DNA from: Takakia lepidozioides
Taxonomy: Eukaryota; Plantae; Bryophyta
Assembly: GCA_030704615.1 (NCBI GenBank)
Contig: CM060731.1
Span: 51,770,001 to 51,834,000, forward strand
DNA: 64,000 nt
Reading direction: 5' to 3'
This document shows, one piece after another, positions 13,671-27,380 of this stretch. Below the pieces are notes generated by a model that was not told the origin of the DNA, did not search any database, and saw nothing but the letters and a program-made list of their open reading frames with translations. A program made the position numbers and the translations under genes. Each line of letters begins with the position of its first letter. The first letter of the stretch is position 1.

Positions 13671-14379
13671 CTAATCATCTTCTTCCACAACCTTAGTGCC
13701 GAGATTGTGAAACCCTTCCGCGGGTAACTCTGCCGAAGTAACATATGAGTACAACTCCTCCTTTGCATCCTCGTCGTCATTGCGCTTCCTTGCAATTCGG
13801 ACGCGGATTCTGGTTGGCACGTTCCGGACACCTCTGCTCCAGATGTGCTTGTTAAGCTTTACATCCAGCCTCACGTCACTGGTCCCCATGGCCTTCTGGG
13901 CGAACTTCCTAATCTCCTTCACAGCCTTGGGCGCCATCTTCTTGAATGTACTGTGCTCGTCAACCGCGCGTACAGTTTTGTTAGACCACTCATGTAGCTA
14001 CATTACTGTCAATAGATTGAGGCGATATTTTCAACTATTAAGGTTCCTCGCTATACCTCCAAGCCGCCCTACCCTCACCTCACCTCGATGATGAATGTGA
14101 GACGCAGAAAGAGCTCATCGTTAAATTAAAACCACTAGAAAACCATCACTGACATCTTGCACTCATACTCATGAAAGCGTAGTAAGACCATGAACGAATA
14201 CTACAGTGACCTAGACGAGGAAACTTTGGAAGACCCAAAGACCAGGACTAAGCATCAAGTCGGACAGAGTTCACGGCCACTGAGAAAAAGCCATACCAGC
14301 CATGAAGTCTCTTGTGGAGATGGATTGTGTACTCCCGAGTAACCACTTCATCCTTGCGGCTCTTGCCTTTCTCCACCAT
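13671..14379 (-). CDS. RPL31: 60S ribosomal protein L31 (eL31), two coding exons 14379-14297 and 13950-13671
   Basis: [51 protein letters not shown]...[21 protein letters not shown]; phase-2 GT-AG intron. Confidence 0.97.
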
Positions 14380-15263
14380 GGCTGCTCCTCGCGTCTGCCT
14401 CGACAGAGAACGACACACACGAACACGAAAGGAAAGTCGAAAGGAAGTGGCTCGGAGCAGGCTGTGGCACTAGGGCTGCTAACTCCTCCCTCCCTCCGTC
14501 GCTCCCACACGTTAATGTTCGATCTGAACCGTTCGCTGAGTCCTGAAAGCCCTAATCTGGTGATGGTGATCCTCCTGCTCAACCCTAGGTAACGGACGGA
14601 CGTCCACATCCATATGGAAGGTTTCGAAGAATATTCCTTTCTTTCGCTTAGGTTACGATAATGCTGCACAAGGTAATTGCTTAAGTAGACATGACTCGCT
14701 CTGTTTTTCTTGAGTTGCAACACAATCTCAGTTGCATATAAACAGAGGATGTGTTACAGTGACTGACCGTGGCAAGGATATAAGACGGAATGCGCGGGTG
14801 TATTAGTTGTAGAGGACACCTGGAAAGTGTCGAAGTGTCTAGACAGCTTCAATGAGGGGTTTGAAATGGAAAAGGAGATCTCCGACTTGAACCACAAAGT
14901 AACAATGACACCATATCTTTCTGGTAAACAAGAGTCTGAAATTTGGTGCAAGGTCTGTAACCAACAGATGTAATCTAGCAAAAATTTGGAGCCTTGAGCC
15001 ACCAGGAGCTGAGGCTGGTAACTTAGCACTGGGAGTCGCAAGACACCTCTTGACAAGTACGGTTGCCATTCTTCAGTCACCAAGACCAAATACTCTTTTG
15101 TGTAACACCACTACGCAACACATTCAAACTTTGTTGCCATTTCCCTTTTTGAAAAGTAAGCAGAAAGGGGTGACCAGATGATCAGAAGAAAGTTTTGAAC
15201 TAAAAATTTACATTGAGATCAACAAAATCCTCAAATGCATTTGAATACAGAGGAATACTTGAG

Positions 15264-18200
15264 CTATGAGGATATCAGGCATTGATCCAAGTGGGAGTTG
15301 AGCTCTGCATTGGACATACCCTTAGGAAGCACCTTCTGGCACCCAGGGCAGCGCTGCTCGTCTGCATGCCAATCCCCCATAAAATCAGGTTAGTGATATG
15401 CTTTGTGCCAGAGATTCCCCCTGAATGAAACATTTTTATCCCTCCTGTACTCTTATCTTATTCACCAACATTGAAAATCTCGAGGCTGAGCCTAAAGCCC
15501 TGGCCCGAACTAATGTTTTGTCCCACTACTGGGAGTGAGCCCCTCACAAAGGTAGTGTCTGTTCTGCCCAAACTGGGCGCGGGATCTGTGGCCACAAGGC
15601 TACAACAAACGATATGAGTACATTCTTATCTCCGTGTACTCTTTTCCTCAGCTAAGGCAGCACGCCACTACCACAAGTCAAATCTGTGCTTAGCAGTGAG
15701 GAACACGACACCAATGACCACCTTATATCATTCATTCAATCCCGTGTGGGATTGTCACTGGCTGTACCTGAGCATCAGTGACATCAAGCTAAATTTGACC
15801 CTGATGGCCTTCTGCATGGCCTGCGAGTTTGTCTGGAACACAAGTTCACTCACTCGCCAACAATCTTGGCAGAAACACCACAAGAAAGATCGCTCTTCAA
15901 GTAGGCCAGTGTTGAACTCAAGTGAGTAGATGAACATTGTTTTTGTGTTTGTGGCAACCACGTCATGTGTTGATATACTTGTACACAGAACACGAATATT
16001 ATAGAGGAACAAGCACCAAAACCTTGTCAAACATGTCAGCTTGGAACGTCATCATAAGCAGTTTCTTCAATGCCATACCTTGGCTTGATCCACCACCGCT
16101 CTCTTCAGGGCTATCATCCAGCTTGGCCAAAGGCCCACGGACCTCCTCCCCACTGTCATGCCCTGCAATTGCCTTTCCCCTTCGCAATCGCCTTCTGTAT
16201 GTTATGACCTTCTTCGTTTCCCCTTCTTTCCCAGACCCAGAACTTCCTTGTTGTGGTGCCACGCTTTCCACTGTCCCTCCTTCCAGATTTCCATCCACAC
16301 TCTGGGGCATTTCTTCTGGCCCAAAGCACTGGCTAATTCCACTCCCATATCTCCCACCCATACACACACTGCTATTTCCAGCTCCGCTGGTGGTTCCAGC
16401 TCCGCCATCTCCATCAGAAATGGCATGGCCATCAAATATGTGATCCCTCTGCTGTGAAGTGAGCGCCCGCCGCTCAATACTACACCTGTTGCTGTCTTCT
16501 TCCTCATCACTTAGCTCAATCACTTTCTGTTTACCCCTTCTGTCTACACCATCATTGGCCCCCCACCCTGTGTTTTCACCCTGCTCTTCAGAGACTTGGT
16601 CTCCAATATTAGATGGACCTACAGTCTCACCTGACTGGCACCACTCCTTTCGACTGCTGTCGTCAAACAGTCCACTTGTTGATCAGTCAAATGCATAAAT
16701 GACAGTCTCTTTCAGTAGATTTTAGGGCCAATGCTAATTCCAAAAAGATGACAAAGACAGTTTCGGAAAGAATAACAACATGCAGGGCCATGAAAGTGGT
16801 CACAGTTTCAGCTTGTTTCATCAGTCTTCTGAGAAGCCAGAATCAATGGGTAAACGAGGCATGAAATTCAGTAAGTTCATACCTGTCGCAGCTTGGCAAG
16901 CCAATGTGGATCAGATGTTGGCTTTCAATCAAGTTGCTGGGGCCTTTAGTTGCACCTTCATCATTCACTACAACCTTGGTAGCCAAACCACCTACAGTTA
17001 CAGGCCTCCCGTGTTCATTCCAATCCTGTTCTTCATCATCCAAATTGATGACTGATTTGTGTGTGCAACAAGATGCTCCCCCATGGAAACTTTTCTGTTT
17101 GTCTTCCTTGTCAGCCCCTGCCTCTGTGCAGATGTTTGTGCGAGTTGATTGAGTGAATGACTCATCTGACACTCTAACAGCCTCCTCTGGATTCCCTGCA
17201 ATGCCATCAGCCACTGGGTCTACAACCATGCTTTTCTCCTCAAGTGCTGAAGAATTTGTCAGATCTGCCTGTTGATCAACTGACACAAGCACCGGCGTGC
17301 TGCTAATCCAGGATTGAACCCCCAAAACATCATCATGTCTGTTGGAATCCTGTGAGACATTGCCAAGGTGTTTGCGCCCTGCCACCACAGTGTATGAACC
17401 CCTATCTACTGCAAGAGTTCCATCTTCAGCAGTGCCGCTGCCATGAGTACCAGTTGCATGCTGACTGTCTCCCACTTTGCTCTCTCCACTTCCAAATTCT
17501 ATGTCACTTTCACAAACGACCTCTCTACCAAGAGATTCTCCCAGCAAGCTGCCGTTGTCTGCACCCTCCAAGCCTGCATCTCCCTGCAGCCCCACCGTCT
17601 GGCTCTCAACAAAGGCTGTACCCAAGGCAAACACTCCTGCTTGCACACCTGTCTTGTCAATTTGTGAGATGCAGCTTGCCATGTCAGGGTCAGTGGATAC
17701 TTCAGCAGTCTCTACTACGCAGCGGTTTTTCACCGACTCTTCCAGCTCTTTATCTGCATGTATCAATCTTCCATCAACCGTGTCCTTGCCACTTTTGCCA
17801 GCTGCATCTGGTGTAAGAATCCAATCATCCAATGAAAATTAGAGTATGTCAAAAGCATGCTATAAGACCAGACCAAATGATCCCATTGGGACATGGAGAT
17901 CATTGTTCGCTCAACTAACATTAATAGTAAGGTGAATGTTTCACACGCAACATTACCTATCTGGTGGACTTAGTACATGACGGCAAAGGAGGAAAAGTCA
18001 GAACATTCAAGTTGTGTGTCTATCCCCTTGTTTATTTTAATTAGGAAGTACCTCTGCGGATGGGCTATGCAAGGAGTACCAAGCAACTTTCAATAGCGCA
18101 CTGACATAAGTTGAACTCCTGCCCGTAAGTTTTCAATATGCCAACACTTTGGGGTAGCTCTCATAATCCCTGCACTAGATGGATATAGGTTCTCAACGGA

Positions 18201-21200
18201 TGTCCACCGAGAATTCTAAACAAGATCTGGAAAAACTTATTGAACTGAACATACCGCAGTTAGACCAGGAACCTTGCAAGGAATGCGATCCGAGCGAGCA
18301 CAGCAAACTTTGGGGCCACTAACCTTTGACATTATGGGTCAAGCTACGAAAACAAGAGAAGCATCAGGTTTTCAAGTATCTTTACCTGCATCCGCTCTCT
18401 CACTCTCTCTCCCTATCAGCTCCCCTTGCCTCTCCAGTCTCCGGCGCTCATCCCTTTTGTTAATCAAGGACACCATCCCTTCTTCACCTTCCTCGCCTTC
18501 AGACGTATACCACCCTTTCCATGCAAGAATCACTGTTGGCTCCCTGGCTTGCTTCCCACACCCCTGTACCTCCTCTGGCCTCCGTCGTTTTCTACAACCA
18601 CCTTCACTTGCCTGCGGCTTGACCACGGGCTCAACTGTTCGAGTTTCTTGCTGATACTGGTTTCTTGGCCTCAAAGTCCGCTTTCTATTCAAACTAATCT
18701 CCGTATTGTCTTCGCAGTGATTTTGAATTGAAGGACCAGCAGCTTTAATGGCTTCCTCTTCTTCTAGGCCATTGCTCTCCACTACCATGCTTTTCCCAGC
18801 TTCATTATCTAGGGGCATAACATTCTCATTCTCAGAACCTTTATCCACTGCGACCAAAAACTTATCCAAATTGGAAGTTTGGATTGGCCCACCAGAAGAA
18901 TTTACTGTCCCTCTCTTAGCTATGCCGCCAGTGGCATGGAGGGATGGACGCTTCTTGCCAACAACTGTACGTGCACCTCCCAAGGCTAGGAGTGCAGTGT
19001 CTTCCACGTCTTCTTCACAACACAAGTAATATGACTTTTAGAAATGTGCTTCGATGCTTTGCTTCTCCCTTGCATAGGTTGGCTAGTGCCAAGGCTTAAA
19101 AGGGAGGTTAACTGCTGTTTGTACAATCTCTTTGGCCATAAATCCTTCCACACAGTAAACAAAAAGCAGCAACACACTTAGCTTCAGTAATAGAGCAACA
19201 TACCAGAGTTTTTAGGACGCACTTTTCGCCGATCCACATACCCTACAGGTTCAGCAGTCTTCTTATAGACTCCTCCACATTTGAGTTCATGACTGCAAAA
19301 GCCATCAACAGAAATTTCACTTCCATGGTTTTGAGTAGTCAAGAATCAAGATGTCATAATAAACTTTGCAGATTATTTTCATCACATGCAGCAGGACATG
19401 ATCAACCTCCTAAGTAAGGACCAAGTTTGCCAGCATTTGTGACAGCTCTCAAAGCACCTCCAACCTACTCTGTTTCATCCAATCTAGGCTCAGCCTCCCA
19501 ACAGCAAGCGAAGTCTATTATTTTACATCAGTTCTCTGCGTCTCACCGCCGGCATGCTTCACAAAGTACTGGTGATGTTCGTGGTGTTACTCAATAGAAC
19601 ACCACTGCACCTGTGGTCTGCATATTAATAACTCCGCTTGCCACTCTACGTCACATTTACGTTGAGACTGGCTATAGTGAAGCTCAGTCTCGAGAATGAG
19701 GGCCATTGGCTCTAACTTAAGCTACGGAAATTTTTCACAATGAGGAAAAGCTGCATCAGGAGCAGATTACATGATCTGGCTAAGGAAATATAGATCCGCT
19801 TAGGGACGCAACACATCCAGAATTCAAACAAGATTTAGGCTTCACAAAAATGGCAAACCCTAAACCCTGAATCCTACTTACATACCACAAGCCATAAACA
19901 TTACAGGGCTTGGCACCACCAGATTATGGACTTGCAAGGTAATATCGCATCATGTGCATGCACCACACAGACTACAATATTCATTAATATATTGCAAGAC
20001 ACAATCATGTGAAATATACTATCACAGAGTTGGACTTGTATATCCACCATTGCTAGGCAGAGAGGCACATGCAAACTCAGGAATGACAAAAACCGCAGGG
20101 AATTTCCACCCAATTCAAAAGTTCCCGCAGAAACATTTGCATCCAACCACCATCTAGCACCGTGGTTTGAGTTAAGGAACTGTTGGACCACTTACGTGGA
20201 CTTGGGTTCAATCAAGATGCGGTTAACCTCGGGGTCAATGGGCAAACTAGTCATCTACAATCTACATACACAGGATGCTCGGAGGATGGTCAGCCCCTTG
20301 TGTTGTCAAGACCTACAGGGAGACCATGCATGCCAGTGGCAGGATATGCAAGCAAGGATGACCCAAAGAAAACCCAAACACAATGACGGTGCCCCCACAT
20401 TCTCAAACAGACTGTATCCTAGCCCAGTGGTTAGGGGGTTCCAGAACCACCCAAGAGTGGCTTAACAAAACGCTCGAGCCAATCATCTTCTTGCATCCAA
20501 GAAATGACATCACTGAGAAGTCTACAATGGTTGAACAACATTGTACTGCCATGATCTGACGCCCAACGTTATTCGTAATCTAGGATTTTTTTTCTGTACA
20601 ACATACCATAGAAGAAAATGAAGAGGTGCAAACAAGAAGAGAGACATTCAAGTGCAGTGGGTCACACATGTGCCAGTGGCAGTTTGGTGCGGAGCAGGAC
20701 TGGCCACCAGGTCCACCCCTAGGACAGTCAGACGATGATGGTACCCGATTATTTGCTCTCATCACAAGATCTCCACAGTTTTCACACTGCCCAGAAATAC
20801 ACCAATTTCAAGGAATTAGACTTTTCGGCAAGAGACTGATACATATGGAACTTACCCCACTTTTCATTCAATCTTCTCAATACAAAGGAATAACAGATCT
20901 AGACATACTACTCATACCGTCCACTGATGGCCACGGTACATCTCCACCTCATCCTTGAAATTGTGACAAATGCTGATCCTGTACCCATTCGCAGGCCGCT
21001 GCACAGAAGACAACAATAATTCCAAATGGAAAATTCTCTCAAACATTGATTTCATTGAACAAACTTGTAAATGTCAGGTCTGGTACAATGAGGACAACAA
21101 AACCACAGCCTCTCACATGACATTCAACTATCCAGCATCGCCACTGATGTCATGTCATAGTCCAAGAACAACAGATATACTCGGATACAATCACAAGTTG

Positions 21201-22843
21201 GAAGAAAAGGAGATTGTTTGGGGGGAGAGAGACCTGACAGTCATCAATAGTACATCCGTTTATCTCCATCATCAAATGCTGGAAACAGGGGCCATGATCA
21301 CTGTCACAAAAAGAGAAGGTACGGACATAGACAACATCAGAGACGTTACAAAGAGAGATAAAAAAAAACCACGATATCCTTCATTCCCTACACAAAAGAT
21401 TAAAGCAGGGGTTGCTTATGTAATGAGAGTCCAAAATAACTGAGGCAACTAAGAAGTACTATATTACTTGCTAAGGCACGAACCCATCTATCACTGAGCC
21501 CTTATCACACTCTGAGAAGCAGGGAACACTGGCTATCTGGAAGAGACCTAACTGGCCCCCAGCTACATACTTGTGTTTGGCTTTTTATATATGGTTGTTG
21601 GGAGGCTGCAATAGCCATGTTTAGCCTCGATATGCAGAAGTAGCCAGCCTCATTTACAACCACCAGACTTGCACTAGAATATCCACAATCTTGTTTTGGA
21701 TAATGATGAATGAATCTATTATACTTGTTTGACACTGTCTGGGTGCTCGGTATGTCTGGCCTTTAGAGCTGTGATCATCACTCTATTTAATGACAAAGAA
21801 TGGTTCCCATGTGTCGAGAAACTATGCTGCAGCACTTAGCTTGAATGTAACAGAGTGGGAGAAGGAAGAATGTATTCTCACTCGTGGTCTTTGTTGCCAT
21901 TGGTGCTAAAGAGGTAGGCATGGATCATCTCATGCAGCAATGTCTCTTTCAAGTCTGATGTTGGCCGGTACTTGAGAAGGGGTTCTGACAACTTGATTTC
22001 ACATCCACCACCTGGACTGAACTTACACACACCTGCGCATCTGCACACACATCATCCAGAGATATCCCTAAAAGTGGTCTCATACCCCCACCAACTACCG
22101 GAAGAGCAATATACACATGCAGTACTGGCTGCCTAATGAAGAGCACCATTCCATGGATGTGCTTCAATCCACCTTCATAGGAGAGGTGAAGTCTTTTGAG
22201 ACAGAAATTCGTACTTTACACAAGGGCTGCAGTAAGATTAGGGTTTTCCAACTTTCCCCCTGGCATAACTGTGAAGAGCCTCTCAACCTATTGCATGGTG
22301 CATGATAACTGCCACATTGAAACAAGGCCTAAGCTTGCCATTTCGTGCTATGGCACTCAGTAGTGACCAACTCTAATTCTTAATCAGTCAACCCCTCCTC
22401 CAAGAGATTGGACGTGAGGAAATCTGCACTGCTTGCAACTACTGATTCCTCCAACCTAAAACAGAATAAAAAACGACAACTTGCTGGCGGCCAGAATTGA
22501 GCATCTATCCCTACCATATCACATGAATGGACCTCGTGCTCAATGCATGGGGCCACTCTGCTCACAACCTAGATTGAATGCCCCCTTCAAAGATTTCTTT
22601 ATCTTCACAATGATGCAACCAAGCTTTTCATTGAAAACGATGGACTACTGTCTTCTGCAAGATTTTTGATGGCTTGAAAAAATGGGTAGGGTATTAGCCA
22701 GCATACTGGGTCATCCGCGGGGTACTCCACTCAACCGTACACGCGCCAAGCCTGCTCTCAAAGTACGTCTCATTGTAGAACGTGAAGAGCTCGTGAATGT
22801 CTGGGTGCGGGTCCAATAAATCAATCTCCTCTAACTCAGCCAT
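15264..22843 (-). CDS. SPRTN: SprT-family DNA-dependent metalloprotease (Spartan/DVC1-like) with long acidic middle and C-terminal UBZ4 finger
   Basis: Exons read by eye: 22843-~22711 (DPHPDIHELF...EWSTPRMT), ~22040-21883 (CAGVC...IKLSEPLLKYRP...LLHEMIHAY, HEXXH), ~21300-21234 (DHGPCFQ), ~20998-20918, ~20786 (CENCG...CHWH), ~19292 (CGGVYKK), low-complexity ORFs at 19.0-16.1 kb, last exon 15361-15264 (CPGCQK...NSHLDQC-stop). Middle exon boundaries are approximate. Confidence 0.9.
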
Positions 22844-25800
22844 CCTTTCGGGCTCCTCGGTAATTGTGTCTCGATTTGAGCGTGAATGCCCTTCAGCTCA
22901 CAAATTGGTTGTAGCCAAATCAATCCCTCTCGCCCAGAACTTCCTTGGGAAGCTCTTCCCTGTATTTGATCTAATCTCCACGCTCCCTTGTACTCTGCTT
23001 TCTCCAACTGCAAACATAACAGGTGAGGAGGAAAGAGGGGAGATTATTTCAGCTGACAATGCTGATATGTAACAAAACACCTTGCTTACTGACATGTCTC
23101 TCGCTACATTCAGTAGAAACTATCTTAAGTTGTGGCTAAGAGCGTAATTCACTGACATGATGGATCCATGACATCAAAACAAGATGTCTCTTCTTTCATC
23201 CAGATCCTCACTATCACAGACGTTTACGGACATTAATCCAGCTACTCTACGCCAAGACGCGAGACTTTCCTTGCTTTGTATCCCTTCCTGCCTAAACGCT
23301 CATCAAACCATTCCTGCATCGCTCCAGAGCACTTGTTTGAATCCACTCCCACTTTGAGCTCTATATAAAGGTTTGACATGATAACATACCGTCCGATTGC
23401 AGTCATGTGTGCACAATGCCGTCCTGCACACAAGGGTGCAGGCGTGGAAGCGAGGGTGAAGTGCAGCAAGAAGAGAACATGGTCGCGAGGCTGGAGGGCC
23501 TGAGCGCCGATAAAAGGGAGAGCAACGCATAACCATCGCTGACGATGCTCCTTCACCTACCCCAATTTTGGTGACGCCTCCAACTCTGAAGCGACACTCT
23601 GCCCCCAAATTGTTCGCATTCCTGTCCCAATTTGCACAATTCGAGGTCCTGATGTCACCAAAGCTCCCAATTCAACGCTTTTTTTTGGCACACTGGATTT
23701 GACCGCCCTCGCGCGATATTCCAAACAAGCCACTTTTTTTTTTTTTTTTTAAAGGGATGCCGCTCAATCCGGCATACGAGTTCCTACGAGTTTCTCTTTT
23801 TTCTATTTCTATTTTGTAAAGCCTGGGACTCACAAAGTAGGCCCCTTAATTAGGAAGATAATAGAAATGAACTTACTGTACACTTGCAACCTTTGGCAGG
23901 AAGGTATGCGGGTTTCTGCATGTCAAATCTTCCGCACCCTCTTGAGAGTGACATGGAACTGAAGGAGTGTAAACTCCAGTCAGGGTTACATTGGGTTACA
24001 CGATGAGGTGTGTAATTATAGTGATAGGAGAAAATAACCTCTCTCACAGGGTGTTTCCTTAATGAAATCGGAAGATTATAGATTATAGATTATCGATTAT
24101 CGATTGAAGATTATACCACACCCCCAAAGCAGGATTTGAACCCAGAATTCGTAGGGGCATTCGTAGGGGCCATCCCAGGAAGACACTCGGTGCAACCGAC
24201 TCAGTGACTCCTTATTTTTGGAAGGGAGATACTAGTTGAACGTAAGTGTACCTATCATTGCCCATTTAAGACTTTGAGAAGCCATAACTTGTTCATATGA
24301 TCATATTCTGGTGCAAAATTTGGACCTAGGGGGAGATAAGTTGGCAAGTTGGCTTCAAAACCCAATTTTTGAAATTTACAAAAATACACTGCATTGAGGT
24401 GTTGGGCACGACGCGCCTATATAATCTTCATAAAACCAAGTATCATTGCCCCTATCATTGCACACCATTGCACCTATCATTGCCCACCCTTGCACTATCA
24501 TTGCGCATTTGTAGAATTAGTGAATTAATACAGATTAGTATTTGATTTGTATTGATTAGTGTTTATCTACAAAACTAAGATGTGTTTTTAAGATATGCCA
24601 AAATGTAGGATCTTTCACCATAAGCTCATGAGCAGACTTCCTAGAATCAATTGGACATTTCTATGTTTCTATCAGGGAGAGGGTGTTGGCCGGTTCCAAC
24701 ATATTGGTTGATCATAAACCATTTTGTAGCATCAAAGTGCCTACTATACAAAAGAGAACACCTAATCAAGAGGCAAATTGACCACTCTTTGTTGAAGCCC
24801 TGAACATGCTATTTTTTTTCCAAACAACAAAGAATGCATGAATCGGTCAAAGAGCTCCACACGTTTGAGCCAGAGGATGCAAGACCCATTTTACTTATAG
24901 GCGGGTGGAAGGTACCATGCTCCTTCAATCAAATGTTGGTTGTGGAGGCTCTTTGCCACATCAATGAAGCCTAAATGTGACAGACTCTACTTGACTATTG
25001 CAGACTCCACATGTGAGATGAAATGGGTGTGTAAATTCCTCCCCTCTTCCTGATCTCAATTATGGAACCATAGCTGATCAGTGATAACTGATCCTCAGAG
25101 AAAAGCTCACACCATCTCCAAAACCTTAATATTTCCTAGGGAATTTGCAGCAACTAGTGTCTGTGACCTTCCTCTCTAGCAGACACTTGAGACAAACTGC
25201 CCAACATCCTCTTCAACCTCCTGTCATGTGATGGGATCTGTGCACCCTCAGTGCCTAGGGTACAGTTCCATTCAGATCTTGATATTTGGGTCTACACTCA
25301 TGAGAGGACTAACAAAAGGCTTTACCTTCTTAGTAACCACCTTTTCACTTTTTTTGTCACATGTCTTCACGTTTTTCAACTTCTTTTCAAGTTCCTTTAG
25401 TAATTTCTTCCTTTGGGATTCAATCAATTTCTCAGCCTTCAATGCCTCTCTGATGGCTTTTTTTCCTCCATTTGCCATTTTCTATCAACCTTAGTCTGTA
25501 CCTTTTCCTCCTACTCGCGTCGGAGTTGCTCCTCATGAGTTAAATATGCTTTCCCAATGATCAACTCATTTTTTGCGATAGCTCATCCCATGCTCAGCTT
25601 TGCATGTCGCATCCTGTATTGCGGTACATCTAGGATTTTGGACAGCTTGCAACCAACATCTTCACTTGTATCATGACTGTCACATAATCCTCTAGCATAA
25701 TCTGGCGAGCACTGCATTCAAGAATAGAACAACATCCATGTATTAGCTTCAATGAAAATCGACAAACTGCACCACAATAACATTCATTAACCTACTCAAG

Positions 25801-26282
25801 ATTGGTCTAGTAGCAAATAACTTTATCAATTCACGAATGGTCCCTCTCAACCCTGAAGCCACTTCCGGAGCAAACCAGTCAAGTCGAAACTGCACCTCCA
25901 AAGTATCACAAATGAGTAACATTGATAATATGGTATGTATAGTGGCCGTAGATTGTACTCTTACGTGTTTTTTGAAGTTTACAAATGCAACATCATGAAC
26001 AGTCTGCATGTACAGCTGAAAATGGTTGAAAGGATCAAAGACTTACCACCTCACCAATATTTGTGGATGTCAAGCTTATGGGCACATCTTCCACAAATAT
26101 TTCAATGTAGTACAGGAATAAACGTCCACAGTCAAATCCATTTTCTTGCTGAGGAACTTTTACTCTGATTGTAATAGCATCTTTGGGTGAAGTGTTGTGA
26201 GCATCATGACACTTGTAGTTGGATGCTTCCCACTCAGCAATAAAGATCTTACAAGAGACAACATGGTCAAATCAGAATGTGG

Positions 26283-26470
26283 TGTCGTGCGCATACATAT
26301 CGCTACACAACTACATTGTTGTCCAAAACCACACAACACATGTGCACACCACACACTAGTATACCACTAGTCCACCACTAGTCCAGCCACTAGTCCAATC
26401 ACTAGGCTACAACTAGTCAGTCACTAGGCTGCCACTATGCTGCCCACTATGGCAGTCACTAGTCCACACA
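26283..26470 (-). repeat. Terminal repeat block Y, outer copy (188 bp)
   Basis: Near-identical to 26801-26976 apart from one extra 12-bp CCACTAGT-type unit and a few substitutions; TG...CA bounded. Confidence 0.92.
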
Positions 26471-26471
26471 A

Positions 26472-26798
26472 TGATAAAGAGGAAGAATACAAGCACAAGT
26501 TCATGCGAGCTCACAAAGCTGAAGCATAAACTCATGCATATATAACCTCATCACTCAAATACAAGTCAAGCCAAGTGCACCCCACGCCATGGGGAATCCA
26601 CACTACGGCGCCATAGCTAGGCGCGGTGAGGCTCAACTCGAGAAAGATGAGCCTCCCGCGCTTGCCGTGAAGATAACCACTCTAGGACCTAAATCTGTCT
26701 TGATCCCTGGATTGACACTTGGGCCAATCCCAAATGTCAATATGTAAAAGCTAGCTATTTCATAGCTAGTTTCACACTAGTGGTAAAATAACTTGACA
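26472..26798 (-). repeat. Terminal repeat block X, 3' copy (327 bp)
   Basis: Matches 36912-37237 with about 14 substitutions and one 1-bp indel (manual count); TG...CA bounded. Confidence 0.93.
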
Positions 26799-26800
26799 GC

Positions 26801-26976
26801 TGTCGTGCGCATACATATCGCTACACAACTACATCGCTGTCCAAAACCACACAACACATGTGCACACCACACACTAGTATACCACTAGTCCACCACTAGT
26901 CCAACCACTAGGCTACAACTAGTCAGTCACTAGGCTGTCACTATGCTGCCCACTATGGCAGTCACTAGTCCACACA
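26801..26976 (-). repeat. Terminal repeat block Y, inner copy (176 bp), abutting the PPT
   Basis: Direct repeat of 26283-26470, joined to X through GACA-GC-TGTC. Confidence 0.92.
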
Positions 26977-26987
26977 ATCGCCCCCCT
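26977..26987 (-). other. Polypurine tract (plus-strand primer)
   Basis: Minus strand AGGGGGGCGAT immediately precedes the TGTGTGG start of block Y. Confidence 0.8.
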
Positions 26988-27236
26988 AGCTAGTGCTTAG
27001 GTCTCTCTAAGTTCAGGTAGCCACAAGATGTGATAGTTACCATAGTCTCACTAAGTCCTCCACCACTATCCCTACTACACTCAAACTCGATAGATCAAGA
27101 GGCCGGGTGCAAGAGTTGCCCCATCGTTAGTCGCCGTCTTGCAACCTGTGAACTTAAGCCTGGGATCTCGTGTATTGACTCCTATGAGCTTGGCCTCCCA
27201 TGTCTTGTTAGCTGCCTCTAGTCATGTCCACTGCCA

Positions 27237-27380
27237 CTATCCCAAGCAGTGTGGACATAACCAATCTCCATCAGGAACCCTCTCAAGATGTGGTGTCAAG
27301 CATCCCACATGCCAACCTCTTGAGCATCGATCACACACCAGCATGGTGGCTGCCCCTTTGGCAGACCCACAAAGCATGCA
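27237..27380 (-). pseudogene. PHD finger at the C-terminus of the retroelement integrase
   Basis: CMLC-x11-CDRC-x4-HVGC-x14-CPHC (C4HC3) with the conserved W (DWLC), in frame with the integrase tail FSPGDYVYL. Confidence 0.9.

Noticed and set aside
15999-19025. Three separate hypothetical genes (174, 329, 217 aa)
   Set aside because: They lie between the SprT exons and the UBZ4 exon on the same strand, and the last has a phase-compatible donor (16079), so they are best read as SPRTN exons.
24125-24150. tRNA gene (B-box-like GGATTTGAAC, also at ~41985)
   Set aside because: No cloverleaf or acceptor stem found; at most SINE-like remnants.
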